From a virus (Duplodnaviria > Caudoviricetes), in the IMG/VR virus record IMGVR_UViG_3300032330_001444, positions 1 to 53,037 of that record: DNA of 53,037 bases; one strand, 5' to 3'. Position 1 is the stretch's first letter. Each line of letters starts with the position of its first letter. The notes under the pieces were generated by a model. That model saw only the letters and a program-made list of their open reading frames with translations, had not been told where the DNA came from and made no database searches. Made by a program: the position numbers and the translations under genes. Positions 37,152-46,562 of the stretch are shown in pieces.

Positions 37152-37157
37152 CAGAGA

Positions 37158-38069
37158 ATGACAAAATCTCTGTGTTGTATTTCACTCAAACTCCAAGAGC
37201 AAAAAATCCGAGCTTCAACAATGACGAAGACTCGGTTTCTTGCATTAGAACGTAAAACTGCGGAAAAAACTGTAGCAGATCGTACACTAAACAATGTATA
37301 TGTGACACGTAAGACATTGGAGTACTGTGCTTTACACAAATGGAACTATCGTGTTAGTAGCGGTATGATGCCTTTGGAAACTCTTCCAGAAGCAAATCTT
37401 TCAATCGAAACCACATACAATTATACAAAAATTAAACAAGAGTTTGATTTGTGTGCGTCTGTTATCAAGAAAAATAACATTCGTTGTAGTACACATCCAG
37501 ATCAATTTGTTGTGCCAGCTAGTGCAAATCAAGCAGTTGTCAAAAAATCTATCATTGAATTGGAAGCTCATGGAAAAATGATGGATGCTATGGGTTTACC
37601 ACAAACATATGAATCTCCTATCAATATTCATATGAACTGTTATAAAGGCAATCTAGACGATATCGCATTGCGTTTTATTGATGTATATAACAGCATTTCT
37701 CCAAATGTGAAGAGTAGATTAGTCTTGGAATTAGAAGACAAACCTAATAGTTGGGGTTTAATTAAACTCTACGATTTGATTTATCAAAAAACAGGCATTC
37801 CTATTACATATGACTCACATCATTTTAGATTGAATAATCCAGAAAATATTTCTCCTGAAAAAGCTATCTTAATGTGTATGGAAACTTGGGGTAAATATAA
37901 ACCATTATTTCACTACAGTAATGGTAGATCCGGTCCAACGGACAGAGCACACTCAGATTATGTATATATTTTACATAAAGAACTATTTGAAAATGATGTT
38001 GATGTAGAGTTTGAGTTTAAAGCTAAAGATTATGCGATTGAACGGTTTGAAAAAGAATTCAAAATTTGA
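37158..38069 (+). CDS. uvsE: UV damage endonuclease UvsE/UVDE
   Basis: YRVSS, HPDQF, INIH, RLVLE.ED, PITYD.HH, TW...PLFHYS, AHSDY, E.KAKD.A. Confidence 0.9.
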   Translation: MTKSLCCISLKLQEQKIRASTMTKTRFLALERKTAEKTVADRTLNNVYVTRKTLEYCALHKWNYRVSSGMMPLETLPEANLSIETTYNYTKIKQEFDLCASVIKKNNIRCSTHPDQFVVPASANQAVVKKSIIELEAHGKMMDAMGLPQTYESPINIHMNCYKGNLDDIALRFIDVYNSISPNVKSRLVLELEDKPNSWGLIKLYDLIYQKTGIPITYDSHHFRLNNPENISPEKAILMCMETWGKYKPLFHYSNGRSGPTDRAHSDYVYILHKELFENDVDVEFEFKAKDYAIERFEKEFKI

Positions 38070-38080
38070 TCAAAAAGTTG

Positions 38081-38109
38081 TTGACGGATTAGTGATTAGA
38101 TGGTAAGAT
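38081..38109 (+). promoter_or_regulatory. Sigma70-type extended -10 promoter
   Basis: TTGACG-N17-TAAGAT with TGG. Confidence 0.65.
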
Positions 38110-38174
38110 AAATTTAAGTTAGTGATGAAACTAACGAAACAAAAAACAAACAAAAAAAGAAAGTAATAAATAAT

Positions 38175-38384
38175 ATGTATACACGTACAAATGCTCGTAA
38201 CAAGACTAACTTCGTAGGACATAACACCACTGGTGTTGAGATTTACCTCTCTACTCCGCTAGCGAAGGCCAAGAAGGCTTCACGTTTGACACTTCGCAGT
38301 GGCAAGACCCGAGTTGATCTTGATGGTCGTCAAATTAAGGCTCTACGTGATGTCTTGAATGCCGGATTTAATTCCAAGGCTTGA
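38175..38384 (+). CDS. Small basic early protein
   Basis: 69 aa, Arg/Lys-rich, own promoter and A-rich leader. Confidence 0.7.
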   Translation: MYTRTNARNKTNFVGHNTTGVEIYLSTPLAKAKKASRLTLRSGKTRVDLDGRQIKALRDVLNAGFNSKA

Positions 38385-38423
38385 TTTTTGATGATGGAGT
38401 CTATATAAAAAATATATATTTAT

Positions 38424-38675
38424 ATGGACTCTTTATCACATAATCATACAATGTTGTGGCTGCTAGGATTGCTAGCGGCCACTTTTTCTTTTATAAGTTT
38501 GTTTGTATCTTACAAAATAATCAAAAAATTTGACGATTTTCAAATTGCTACTTATGAAGCATTTGAATTATTGAATAATGACCGAGGTAGACTTTTAAAA
38601 GAAATTGAAGTGTTGCAAAGACGTAGTAGAATGATAAGCAATGAAACAAAAGAAAACAACAGACGAAAAGAATAA
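38424..38675 (+). CDS. Small membrane protein (TM helix plus coiled coil)
   Basis: MLWLLGLLAATFSFISLFVSY hydrophobic segment; TATTTATA at 38417-38424. Confidence 0.6.
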   Translation: MDSLSHNHTMLWLLGLLAATFSFISLFVSYKIIKKFDDFQIATYEAFELLNNDRGRLLKEIEVLQRRSRMISNETKENNRRKE

Positions 38676-39114
38676 GTCCCGTGGATTATTTGATCATGTG
38701 AGTCATATTCGGGAAGTAAAGAGTGATAACTATTATAATTCTCTTACTGATTCTGAAAAGAACACATTTAACAAATATATGTTGTTACGTGTATTGAGTA
38801 TGGATTCGGATATAATTGAGGAAATGGCATTTGTATCTAAATACTTTCAAAATATACCTAACGATCAATTCTATAAGTTGTTGATTGAAATTGTGCCAAA
38901 AGGAAGACGATTTTCTAAATATATAAAAAAATCGACTGGTAGTATTAATGATACAATTTTAACGTGTATATGTGACAAATTTAAGATCGGGCAAAAAGAT
39001 GCAATTGATTATTATAATATTTTTATGGCAGATGAACGTGGGACTAAAGACTTAATAAGTCTGATTGAATGTTTTGGATATGCTGAAAAAGAAATAGAAA
39101 AAATGTTTTCATAA
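38641..39114 (+). CDS. Clamp loader small subunit (T4 gp62-like), putative
   Basis: LFD....I..K....Y..L...EK..F..YM..R.LSM..D pattern; KG.RF.KY.K. Confidence 0.6.
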   Translation: MKQKKTTDEKNKSRGLFDHVSHIREVKSDNYYNSLTDSEKNTFNKYMLLRVLSMDSDIIEEMAFVSKYFQNIPNDQFYKLLIEIVPKGRRFSKYIKKSTGSINDTILTCICDKFKIGQKDAIDYYNIFMADERGTKDLISLIECFGYAEKEIEKMFS

Positions 39115-39115
39115 T

Positions 39116-39757
39116 ATGACTATAATTGGAATATCAGGCTACGCTCGTAGTGGTAAAGATTTATTTACAACGGTTGCTCAAACAGTTCTAAAAGAACATA
39201 AACTTAAATCTGAAAAGTTTGCTCTTGCTTATGAACTTAAAAATGATTTAAAAAGTCTTATTAAAAATAAGACGGGTATAGATGTTTTTACAGAAAAAAC
39301 GGAGGAGAAGAATATTATTAGACCATTATTAGTAGCATATGGAGATGTAATGCGTAAAACCAGTGAGGGTACATATTGGACTAATAAAGTTGCAGATCGT
39401 ATAGTTAAAAGTAAAGTTGATGTTGTGTTTATAACTGATATTCGATATGACGTTTACCCAGAAGATGAATGTACTTGGTTACGTAATAAAATGAATGGTA
39501 AATTGGTTCATATTACCAAGTTTAAACGTGGAACAGTACCACAGGCTAAAAGATTTAGCAAAGATAAAATTGTTAAGATATATGATGCTGCTCCAAACGA
39601 CCATGAGTTGTTAAATAACCCCAAAGTAAAAGCAAAAGCTAATTATGCTTTTGAATGGGAAGATTATAGTGATAAATTAAATGGCACTGCATTGGAAGAC
39701 AGTCCATATATCAGAGAAAAAGTAATAGAATCACTAAAAGCGATTAACGTAATTTAA
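39116..39757 (+). CDS. Deoxynucleoside monophosphate kinase (T4 gp1-like)
   Basis: IIGISGYARSGKD, R.LL..YG...R, ITDIRY..E. Confidence 0.8.
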   Translation: MTIIGISGYARSGKDLFTTVAQTVLKEHKLKSEKFALAYELKNDLKSLIKNKTGIDVFTEKTEEKNIIRPLLVAYGDVMRKTSEGTYWTNKVADRIVKSKVDVVFITDIRYDVYPEDECTWLRNKMNGKLVHITKFKRGTVPQAKRFSKDKIVKIYDAAPNDHELLNNPKVKAKANYAFEWEDYSDKLNGTALEDSPYIREKVIESLKAINVI

Positions 39758-40025
39758 TTGTCTTTATCACATGATTGCTGCCGTGAGAAAAGATAATTTC
39801 ATTATCGGTAGTTTTAGTACTAAAATAGTTGATTAAATCAGAGGCATGAGATGATACGAAGTTAATATACAACGTATTACATTCTTCATGCTTCTGATTT
39901 TTTCTTTGTTTTTGACAGTTACAGATTTTATTTGCTCCAGTTAAACAATCTTTTAATCTGTCTAGTGAAGCAATATTATCGGATCCTATTAAATTTATAA
40001 GTGATTGATAACTTCCTACATTCAT
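39744..40025 (-). CDS. Hypothetical Cys-containing protein
   Basis: 93 aa with C..CNC..C; converges on the kinase gene. Confidence 0.6.
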   Translation of the reverse strand: MNVGSYQSLINLIGSDNIASLDRLKDCLTGANKICNCQKQRKNQKHEECNTLYINFVSSHASDLINYFSTKTTDNEIIFSHGSNHVIKTIKLR

Positions 40026-40399
40026 AACAATTTTCTTATAATTAAATAAATAGTAAGAGAGCAGATATAGTTAATTGGCAACATTAATAAAGAAAACCAC
40101 TGTTGGTATCCAAATAAGAATGTTAGTATGTTTACCCCAAGTAAAGTTGTCCAAAAACACAAACATATCGGACAACTAAGCAATTTAGTTAAATAACCTG
40201 GGTAATTTTCGTATAAAAAATTAGGATAAGTAGACATTACATCTACTTCTAATTTGTACTTCTCAAACTCTGGTATTTTTAATAAATTACGCAGATTGGT
40301 TAGTTTTGAGATGGTTTGAACTATATCACTTTCAAACCAAACTACCATTATAAATGTGGTATAAAAAATAAAGGGTATATTAAAATGTGTTAGATTCAT
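40022..40399 (-). CDS. Membrane protein with CxxC motif (DUF1360-like)
   Basis: Three hydrophobic segments and LLSCPICLCFW; ATG 40399 overlaps the upstream stop. Confidence 0.55.
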   Translation of the reverse strand: MNLTHFNIPFIFYTTFIMVVWFESDIVQTISKLTNLRNLLKIPEFEKYKLEVDVMSTYPNFLYENYPGYLTKLLSCPICLCFWTTLLGVNILTFLFGYQQWFSLLMLPINYICSLTIYLIIRKLL

Positions 40400-41601
40400 T
40401 TTGTTAATTGATTTTTGTACCAATCTTCGTTTAGATCGATTAAACTTTTCCCGTAAGTATTTAAATTATTTATCTTTACTTTAAAGATGTCATATTCTAA
40501 TTCACCTACAACACCACTGTCTTCTAGTATTAATTGCAACATATTAAAGAATTCAAAACTTTGATTTGTTAATTTAACAGCGTCAAATTCAATAATAATA
40601 TCATTGGTTTTTCGATCTTCGTATCTCTTTAATTTTTTACTGAGATCAAATTTAGTATTTTTTTGTTCGGCTTGAATATAACGTTCATATGGAACATCTG
40701 TATAGATGGCATCACACCACGGTTCTAATAGTGCTAACTTGTATTCGTCACAATTTCTAACCACAAATCCCACGTTATATCTATTTGGAACAATTGGTTT
40801 CATCGTGTCATTGTGTTTAACAAAATGTCCCCATTTACGAATAAAGTTTCTTGCACTGCGATTGTTTTGTTCCAACCATTCGTTACTTTCTTTTCCTACT
40901 GTAGTTAGTGTTGGATTATATCTACTTCCTCTACATGTCATGTGATATACACATCCTTCCCATGTCTGTACGAACTTATATCCTTTTAATAGGAACCGAT
41001 TAAAGATATCACTGTCTTCTTTGCTTTGAGGAGCATATAGATCGTCGTGTCCGCCGATTGATTGGAAATCACTCTTATAAAGAGCCCATGGTGCAAAGAT
41101 TCCTTCTGTGGTTTTATCTTTTCTGTTCAAACGGGTATCATTGAACCATTTCAATAATCCAGCTTCATTAAACTCTTCTGGCTCAGTTCCAAATGCTTGT
41201 ACGATCTTTTCTGGGCCTGGAGGATGTAGTGGAGGTTCAATACGGGTTAGACTGACGATTGTACCTGGTTGAATATATTTCTCTACATATTTATCAAAGT
41301 TGGGACATGCGTACATGTCAGCGTGGTAGATCATCACCACATCATTTGTAGCAACTTCGTTTATAAGACGATCATATAGAATTGTATGACCCAATCTGGT
41401 TGGACCTTCGTTGCGGATAAATTTGAAGTACGGATCTTTTTGTGCTGTTTCTTTACACCATTCAAGCGTACCGTCATTACTAAAGTCGTCTGCAACACAG
41501 ATTTCATGTTCTTTATGACTTAGGTTTTTACGAATAGCTTCGTAACTCCATTTAAGATATTTTAGATTGTTTCTGCTTGGTTGGATAAAACTAATTTTCA
41601 T
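40396..41601 (-). CDS. GT2-family glycosyltransferase
   Basis: ISFI.P.RN, DDFSNDGT, HADM, GG.D..Y....EDSD...R. Confidence 0.85.
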   Translation of the reverse strand: MKISFIQPSRNNLKYLKWSYEAIRKNLSHKEHEICVADDFSNDGTLEWCKETAQKDPYFKFIRNEGPTRLGHTILYDRLINEVATNDVVMIYHADMYACPNFDKYVEKYIQPGTIVSLTRIEPPLHPPGPEKIVQAFGTEPEEFNEAGLLKWFNDTRLNRKDKTTEGIFAPWALYKSDFQSIGGHDDLYAPQSKEDSDIFNRFLLKGYKFVQTWEGCVYHMTCRGSRYNPTLTTVGKESNEWLEQNNRSARNFIRKWGHFVKHNDTMKPIVPNRYNVGFVVRNCDEYKLALLEPWCDAIYTDVPYERYIQAEQKNTKFDLSKKLKRYEDRKTNDIIIEFDAVKLTNQSFEFFNMLQLILEDSGVVGELEYDIFKVKINNLNTYGKSLIDLNEDWYKNQLTK

Positions 41602-42370
41602 GATAAAATTTTTTTAATTCGATTAATTGATCCGATAATTTTTTTATTGTATAATCGGTGTATAGACATTTATTAATCGCATCTACATTAATAGATATTA
41701 TATTTTTGTTGGTTTCAAATATTTTATTTATCATCACTAACAAATCGTATTTAGTAATTTTATCTGTGCCAATTTGTATTATATTTGGATAATTGTACCA
41801 ATTGTTGATGATAGAATAACACTGTTTTGCCCATTCCAATGTGGTAATTCCATTCCAATAATGGTTTGCATACCCATTAGCATTTTCTTTTTGCTTAAAA
41901 AACCACTCCATTAGTGATACTTTATTATTAATTTCTGGCCCTATAATAGATGTTCTAATTTGTTTTACATTAGACGTTGTTCTTAAAAATATAGATGCGT
42001 ATGCTTTGGATATTCCATAATCATCTAAAGCTGTGGGAAGTTCTTTTGATGAATAATAGGATTCTTTTGGAATTTTACCATCAAATTCACAATCTGTGGT
42101 TGGATGGATGATTCTTCCTTTAAAGTTACTAGACAAAAAAGATGGCAATAATATATTAACAGATTTGTATTGATCCCAATTTGGTTTTTTTTGAGGAATA
42201 CATCCAATGCAGTTTATTAAATAATCACACGGTGAATTTTTAATATAATCTTTGAAATCATCAGTTTCCCACTTTAAATCGGTAGTTACAACATCTTCAT
42301 TTTGAGACTTTAGATATTTAACTACCATATGTCCCAACATTCCGTTATGACCTAATACTAATATTTTCAT
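41591..42370 (-). CDS. RmlD-like NDP-4-keto-6-deoxysugar reductase
   Basis: ILVLG.NGMLG, INCIG, TTDC.FDG, YGISK, RTSIIG, W.G.TT. Confidence 0.8.
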   Translation of the reverse strand: MKILVLGHNGMLGHMVVKYLKSQNEDVVTTDLKWETDDFKDYIKNSPCDYLINCIGCIPQKKPNWDQYKSVNILLPSFLSSNFKGRIIHPTTDCEFDGKIPKESYYSSKELPTALDDYGISKAYASIFLRTTSNVKQIRTSIIGPEINNKVSLMEWFFKQKENANGYANHYWNGITTLEWAKQCYSIINNWYNYPNIIQIGTDKITKYDLLVMINKIFETNKNIISINVDAINKCLYTDYTIKKLSDQLIELKKFYHEN

Positions 42371-43296
42371 GGTTTAAAGTAATTAAATTTTTGCAATATG
42401 GTATTTAGTTCTTCTTTTGTTACACATACATTTTTGCTAGAATATTCATCGTTTGGAAATTTAACTTCGTTAAATGTATTTTTATAATGCATGTAATAAT
42501 AATTGTCTATTTGCTTTACTCTGGTTTGTTCTTCATTCGATATCATTATTTCATGGATTTTTTCCGAAATTCTAGGAACATCAATTGTATATTTTAATCC
42601 AAATAAGTCTTTATAAAGTTCAAACAAATCTAATATTTTGAAACTTTTGACGTTTGGTATTACGTTGTACCCGTTTACTTTTAGTCCTTCTTCGATTAAA
42701 TCAACAGCCTGATCAACTGTAATCATAAACCGAGTCATTTCGGTTGAATATAGTTTCAAACCATACCCATTTTGTATAGCATTCCATATCAATGGAATAA
42801 TACTTCCAGTTGAATTTAAAACATTTCCATATATTGCAGTGCTTAATTTAATTGAACTTTTATCAGTATTAACTATAAAACTTTCTCCGGCCACAAACTT
42901 CATTGATCCGTATAACGTTGTAGCCGATCTACTTTTATCTGACGAAATAAAACAAGAAGCTTCAAAATTGTTTTCTTCTGAAATTCTACGACTATTGATA
43001 GCACCACGAACAATTATTTCAAGACTTTCTTCTACGTTTTGATCAACAGCTTCAATTTGCTTTAAACTTGCCGCGAATATTCCTACATCATGTCCTTTAC
43101 TTGCTCTTTTTAACAAATCATAATTACGAACATCTCCTATTACACAGTTTATATTTGGGAATTGTTTTTTTAAATAATAATGTTTTGCTTCATCTCTACT
43201 GTATATAGTAATATTATTATTTTTATAATAACGGTTGACTATATGTTTTCCTAAAAAACCCGCTCCTCCTGTTATAAATATTTTTTTATTATTCAT
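42367..43296 (-). CDS. UDP-GlcNAc 4,6-dehydratase (PseB/FnlA/WbvB-like, Polysacc_synt_2)
   Basis: ITGGAGFLG, SRDE.K, GDVR, AA.LKQ, SDK, YGSMK, YGNV..S.GS.IP, MTRF, EK.HE. Confidence 0.85.
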   Translation of the reverse strand: MNNKKIFITGGAGFLGKHIVNRYYKNNNITIYSRDEAKHYYLKKQFPNINCVIGDVRNYDLLKRASKGHDVGIFAASLKQIEAVDQNVEESLEIIVRGAINSRRISEENNFEASCFISSDKSRSATTLYGSMKFVAGESFIVNTDKSSIKLSTAIYGNVLNSTGSIIPLIWNAIQNGYGLKLYSTEMTRFMITVDQAVDLIEEGLKVNGYNVIPNVKSFKILDLFELYKDLFGLKYTIDVPRISEKIHEIMISNEEQTRVKQIDNYYYMHYKNTFNEVKFPNDEYSSKNVCVTKEELNTILQKFNYFKP

Positions 43297-44270
43297 TAAA
43301 AAACCCTTTGTAATGTTTCAAATAGTTCTGTATAATTTTTATAGCCACGTTTTTCAATTTCTTTCTCTGAATCTCTTATAGGATATACATCACAATTTGA
43401 TAACTTTCTATAATATGAATTTTCGTTAAAGTAATTATCTCTCAATTCTTTGCTAGTGGTTATATATGAAATCACAGGAACTTCAAAATAACAACTTAGA
43501 ATGGTATTACCTCCTCCCATAGATATAAATCCTGAAGACTTCGAAAATAATTTTAATTGAAATTCATTATAACTTAGGTGTGGATATTTTGCGTGTAGAT
43601 CTTCAAATAAATGTACGTCGCTATATAGTTTACATAACTGTTTATCATCTATAATATTTCCATTATCATCCACTGCTTTTATTCCACATTTTTTAATTAT
43701 GTCTTGATCAATTCCCATTTGTTCATTTAAGTCTAATGGGAATTCTTTATTCTCAGGTCGTTTATAGACTACAACGTATCCTTTTGATTTTAAGTACGAA
43801 AATATGTCTTGTAAGAGGGGTATGTCAAAATATCCTAATGGAAACTTGCCATGTTCCATGTTAAATCTATTGCAGATGACAATGAATTTTTTATTTAATT
43901 CTACCTCGTTATTTATAGAATAGTGAGATTTTATTGGAGGAGCTATCCATTCTCTATAATCCAATACTCCATTTACTTTTAATTGTTCTTCGTGAGTTAA
44001 CTCGCTATAGTCTTTTCCTGTTATAGCAAATGCATTATGGTGAATCCATTTATTGGGAACGTCTTTTAGAGACATCAAATTGTCTACTGATCTATTTTTA
44101 TATATTTCTTTAACATTGTTTGTAAAAAAATAAAATGGCGACATTCCCTCAACAGTACTAACTGTACCTAATCTATTTTGTTTATGAAGATAATATGCAT
44201 ATGGAAGTGTACATGCTAATTCACATCCGAATTCGGGATTTCCATCGATGTTTTTCATAATTTCATTCAT
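43296..44270 (-). CDS. Putative glycosyltransferase/glycan-modifying protein
   Basis: EFG.EL...P, FISMGGG..IL..YF (GT-B-like C-lobe); cluster context. Confidence 0.45.
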   Translation of the reverse strand: MNEIMKNIDGNPEFGCELACTLPYAYYLHKQNRLGTVSTVEGMSPFYFFTNNVKEIYKNRSVDNLMSLKDVPNKWIHHNAFAITGKDYSELTHEEQLKVNGVLDYREWIAPPIKSHYSINNEVELNKKFIVICNRFNMEHGKFPLGYFDIPLLQDIFSYLKSKGYVVVYKRPENKEFPLDLNEQMGIDQDIIKKCGIKAVDDNGNIIDDKQLCKLYSDVHLFEDLHAKYPHLSYNEFQLKLFSKSSGFISMGGGNTILSCYFEVPVISYITTSKELRDNYFNENSYYRKLSNCDVYPIRDSEKEIEKRGYKNYTELFETLQRVF

Positions 44271-45012
44271 ATAAAGATTTGAATGTTTTTTCCATCCAAT
44301 AAATCGTTTGATTGTTGTCTTTATTATTTGGCATTGCGTTGAAGTGGTAAACGTATCCCAGATTAATATATGGCATATTAGGAGTCAAACCTTCTCTTCT
44401 ATGAAGATCTTGCATATTAAATTCATATGGAAGATATTTCATATCTATGTTTTCAATTTGGCACATGAAATTTAATACGGGTTGATCTGTACCGGTAAAG
44501 AAAGTTTCCTGCATTTTTACTAAACTAGCTTTGTTTAAAAAATAAAACTGTTTAATTTTTTCGAAAAATTCTTTGTGATTTTTATTTAAAATCATGAAAC
44601 CGGAATTGAAATACTTAGTAACATCGAAGTTATAATCGTTAAATATATACTTACGATAATTTTCGGCGCTTCTGAAAATCCAATCATAAGAACCTATATT
44701 AGGCACCACACAAAATTTATTATCGTCTAATTCAAAAAAATTAGGAGCATTTGGATGTACAATTGTATCGGCATCTACAATTATTATTTTATCAACGCCG
44801 ATATTAGATTGTTCTAATAAATCAAATATAAATATTTTGTGCCAATTGGGACGCAAATCGTCATATGGTAGAATGGGTTGATCTAATACAACTAATTTTG
44901 CATTATTTTTATCACACCATCTTTTCCAGGATTCTATACCATATTTGTAAGGCATTGTTCTTCCCGGTTTTTTATCTGTTTCTATATTAATTATGTAGAC
45001 TATATTATTCAT
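44263..45012 (-). CDS. GT-A glycosyltransferase (GT8/GT34-like)
   Basis: W.K, VDADT, YFNSG, DQP.LN, YHF. Confidence 0.8.
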   Translation of the reverse strand: MNNIVYIINIETDKKPGRTMPYKYGIESWKRWCDKNNAKLVVLDQPILPYDDLRPNWHKIFIFDLLEQSNIGVDKIIIVDADTIVHPNAPNFFELDDNKFCVVPNIGSYDWIFRSAENYRKYIFNDYNFDVTKYFNSGFMILNKNHKEFFEKIKQFYFLNKASLVKMQETFFTGTDQPVLNFMCQIENIDMKYLPYEFNMQDLHRREGLTPNMPYINLGYVYHFNAMPNNKDNNQTIYWMEKTFKSLYE

Positions 45013-45766
45013 ACAAATGTTTAGTTTGATGCCATATACTTTGAATTAAGTTATTTCTTTCTTCGATGGAACATCCCGTAAAGTGCCATATATAGGAATA
45101 TTTAACAAAAAATGGAGTTTTATCTTCATTCAATTGCCAATTATATTGCAACCAATCATTTTTAATAAGTCTCATTGTGTTAAATCGAAAGTCTAAATAT
45201 TTTTTGTTAACATTTAATTTGTTTAACATAAGATTTAATATGGTTTGATCTCTACCTGTATTTGGTATACTCCAGTTATCTAAACTTTGTTTGTTGTTAA
45301 TATAAAAATTTAATACCTCATCAAATATAAACTTGTGCTTATTAGTAAAAAACAAAACGCCGCTGTTAATATATTCGCTTATTTTAATTGGAACGTTTAA
45401 TTCTGGATATGTGTTTTTATATGCGTTTATACTGTTTGTTAGCCAGTTAATTGATTCATTATCGATTACTCCACAAAACTCATCGTTGTATAAATCGAAG
45501 AAATTTGGGGAATTCCAATTAGGCATTGTATCAAAATCTAACATACCTATTTTTTCATATTTGTCTCCTACGTAATTAAATACGCAGTGTTTATTCCATT
45601 TAGGATGTGGGATCTTATCTGTTAATTTATCTACAAATATAAAATCTATATTATGTTTTCTACAATATGACTCCCAAGCTTTTCTTGTTATATTATAGTA
45701 TTGACTATGATCAAACTTGGGATTTTTTTCATCAATCGCGAAGATTATAATACAATTTTTATTCAT
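45005..45766 (-). CDS. GT-A glycosyltransferase (GT8/GT34-like), paralogue of 44263..45012
   Basis: W.K, LDFDT, YINSG, DQT.LN, WHF. Confidence 0.8.
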   Translation of the reverse strand: MNKNCIIIFAIDEKNPKFDHSQYYNITRKAWESYCRKHNIDFIFVDKLTDKIPHPKWNKHCVFNYVGDKYEKIGMLDFDTMPNWNSPNFFDLYNDEFCGVIDNESINWLTNSINAYKNTYPELNVPIKISEYINSGVLFFTNKHKFIFDEVLNFYINNKQSLDNWSIPNTGRDQTILNLMLNKLNVNKKYLDFRFNTMRLIKNDWLQYNWQLNEDKTPFFVKYSYIWHFTGCSIEERNNLIQSIWHQTKHLYE

Positions 45767-46562
45767 TTTTCTTTAACATCTGTTCGTTACTGTCTAACAC
45801 GGTTTTTAATATGGAAAGATCTACACCAACTTTATCTCCCAGTTTAACCATTGCTTTGGTATCTTTGGGAAAACATTTTCCACCAAATCCACGTTCTCCT
45901 GTAAATACAGCTGTATGAGATTTTGTAGTTCTAGGATCCAATAACCACAAATCACGAACTTCATAGTAACTAGTACCTAACTTTTCACACAAATCATAAA
46001 TCTCATTACAATAAGCCACTTTCATAGCTAATTGGGTATTAGTGACATACTTCGTGATCTCGGCATTAATTGGTTCTGTGACTCTGTAAGTTTTACTTGG
46101 ACCAGTTATAGGCGTATAAATTTCGATTAGTTTATAACAGAGTTCTTTTTTACCACCAAATATGAAAAATGGGGTTTGTTTAACATCGGTGGTAAATCCA
46201 TCTGGAGTCCAATATTTTGATTCGCCTGCAAATTCAGGACTAAATACAATGTCTTTATTATAAGTTTTGATCAATCTATCAGTTGTGCCAATTTCAACTG
46301 TGCTTTTCAAAAGTATCAATGGTGTTGTTAACCATGAAATTGTGTCTTCCACAATACTTGTGTTACAACTTCCATCTTCGTTTTCAGGTGTAGGCACACA
46401 TACAACCGCTAAATCACATTTATTTATTTCCTCTTTGGTTACACTCATGATGTACGCAGGATCATGAATTATCGTTTCGTAGTGATCTTTAAAAAAGTTA
46501 TAGAATGCTTTACCGACATAACCATAACCAACGATACCAATTTTAGTCTTTAATTTGCTCAT
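45759..46562 (-). CDS. UDP-glucose/GDP-mannose dehydrogenase family (short form)
   Basis: GYGYVG, CVPTP, KSTV..GTT, FSPEF, AE..KY..N, GFGGKCFPKD. Confidence 0.88.
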   Translation of the reverse strand: MSKLKTKIGIVGYGYVGKAFYNFFKDHYETIIHDPAYIMSVTKEEINKCDLAVVCVPTPENEDGSCNTSIVEDTISWLTTPLILLKSTVEIGTTDRLIKTYNKDIVFSPEFAGESKYWTPDGFTTDVKQTPFFIFGGKKELCYKLIEIYTPITGPSKTYRVTEPINAEITKYVTNTQLAMKVAYCNEIYDLCEKLGTSYYEVRDLWLLDPRTTKSHTAVFTGERGFGGKCFPKDTKAMVKLGDKVGVDLSILKTVLDSNEQMLKKNE

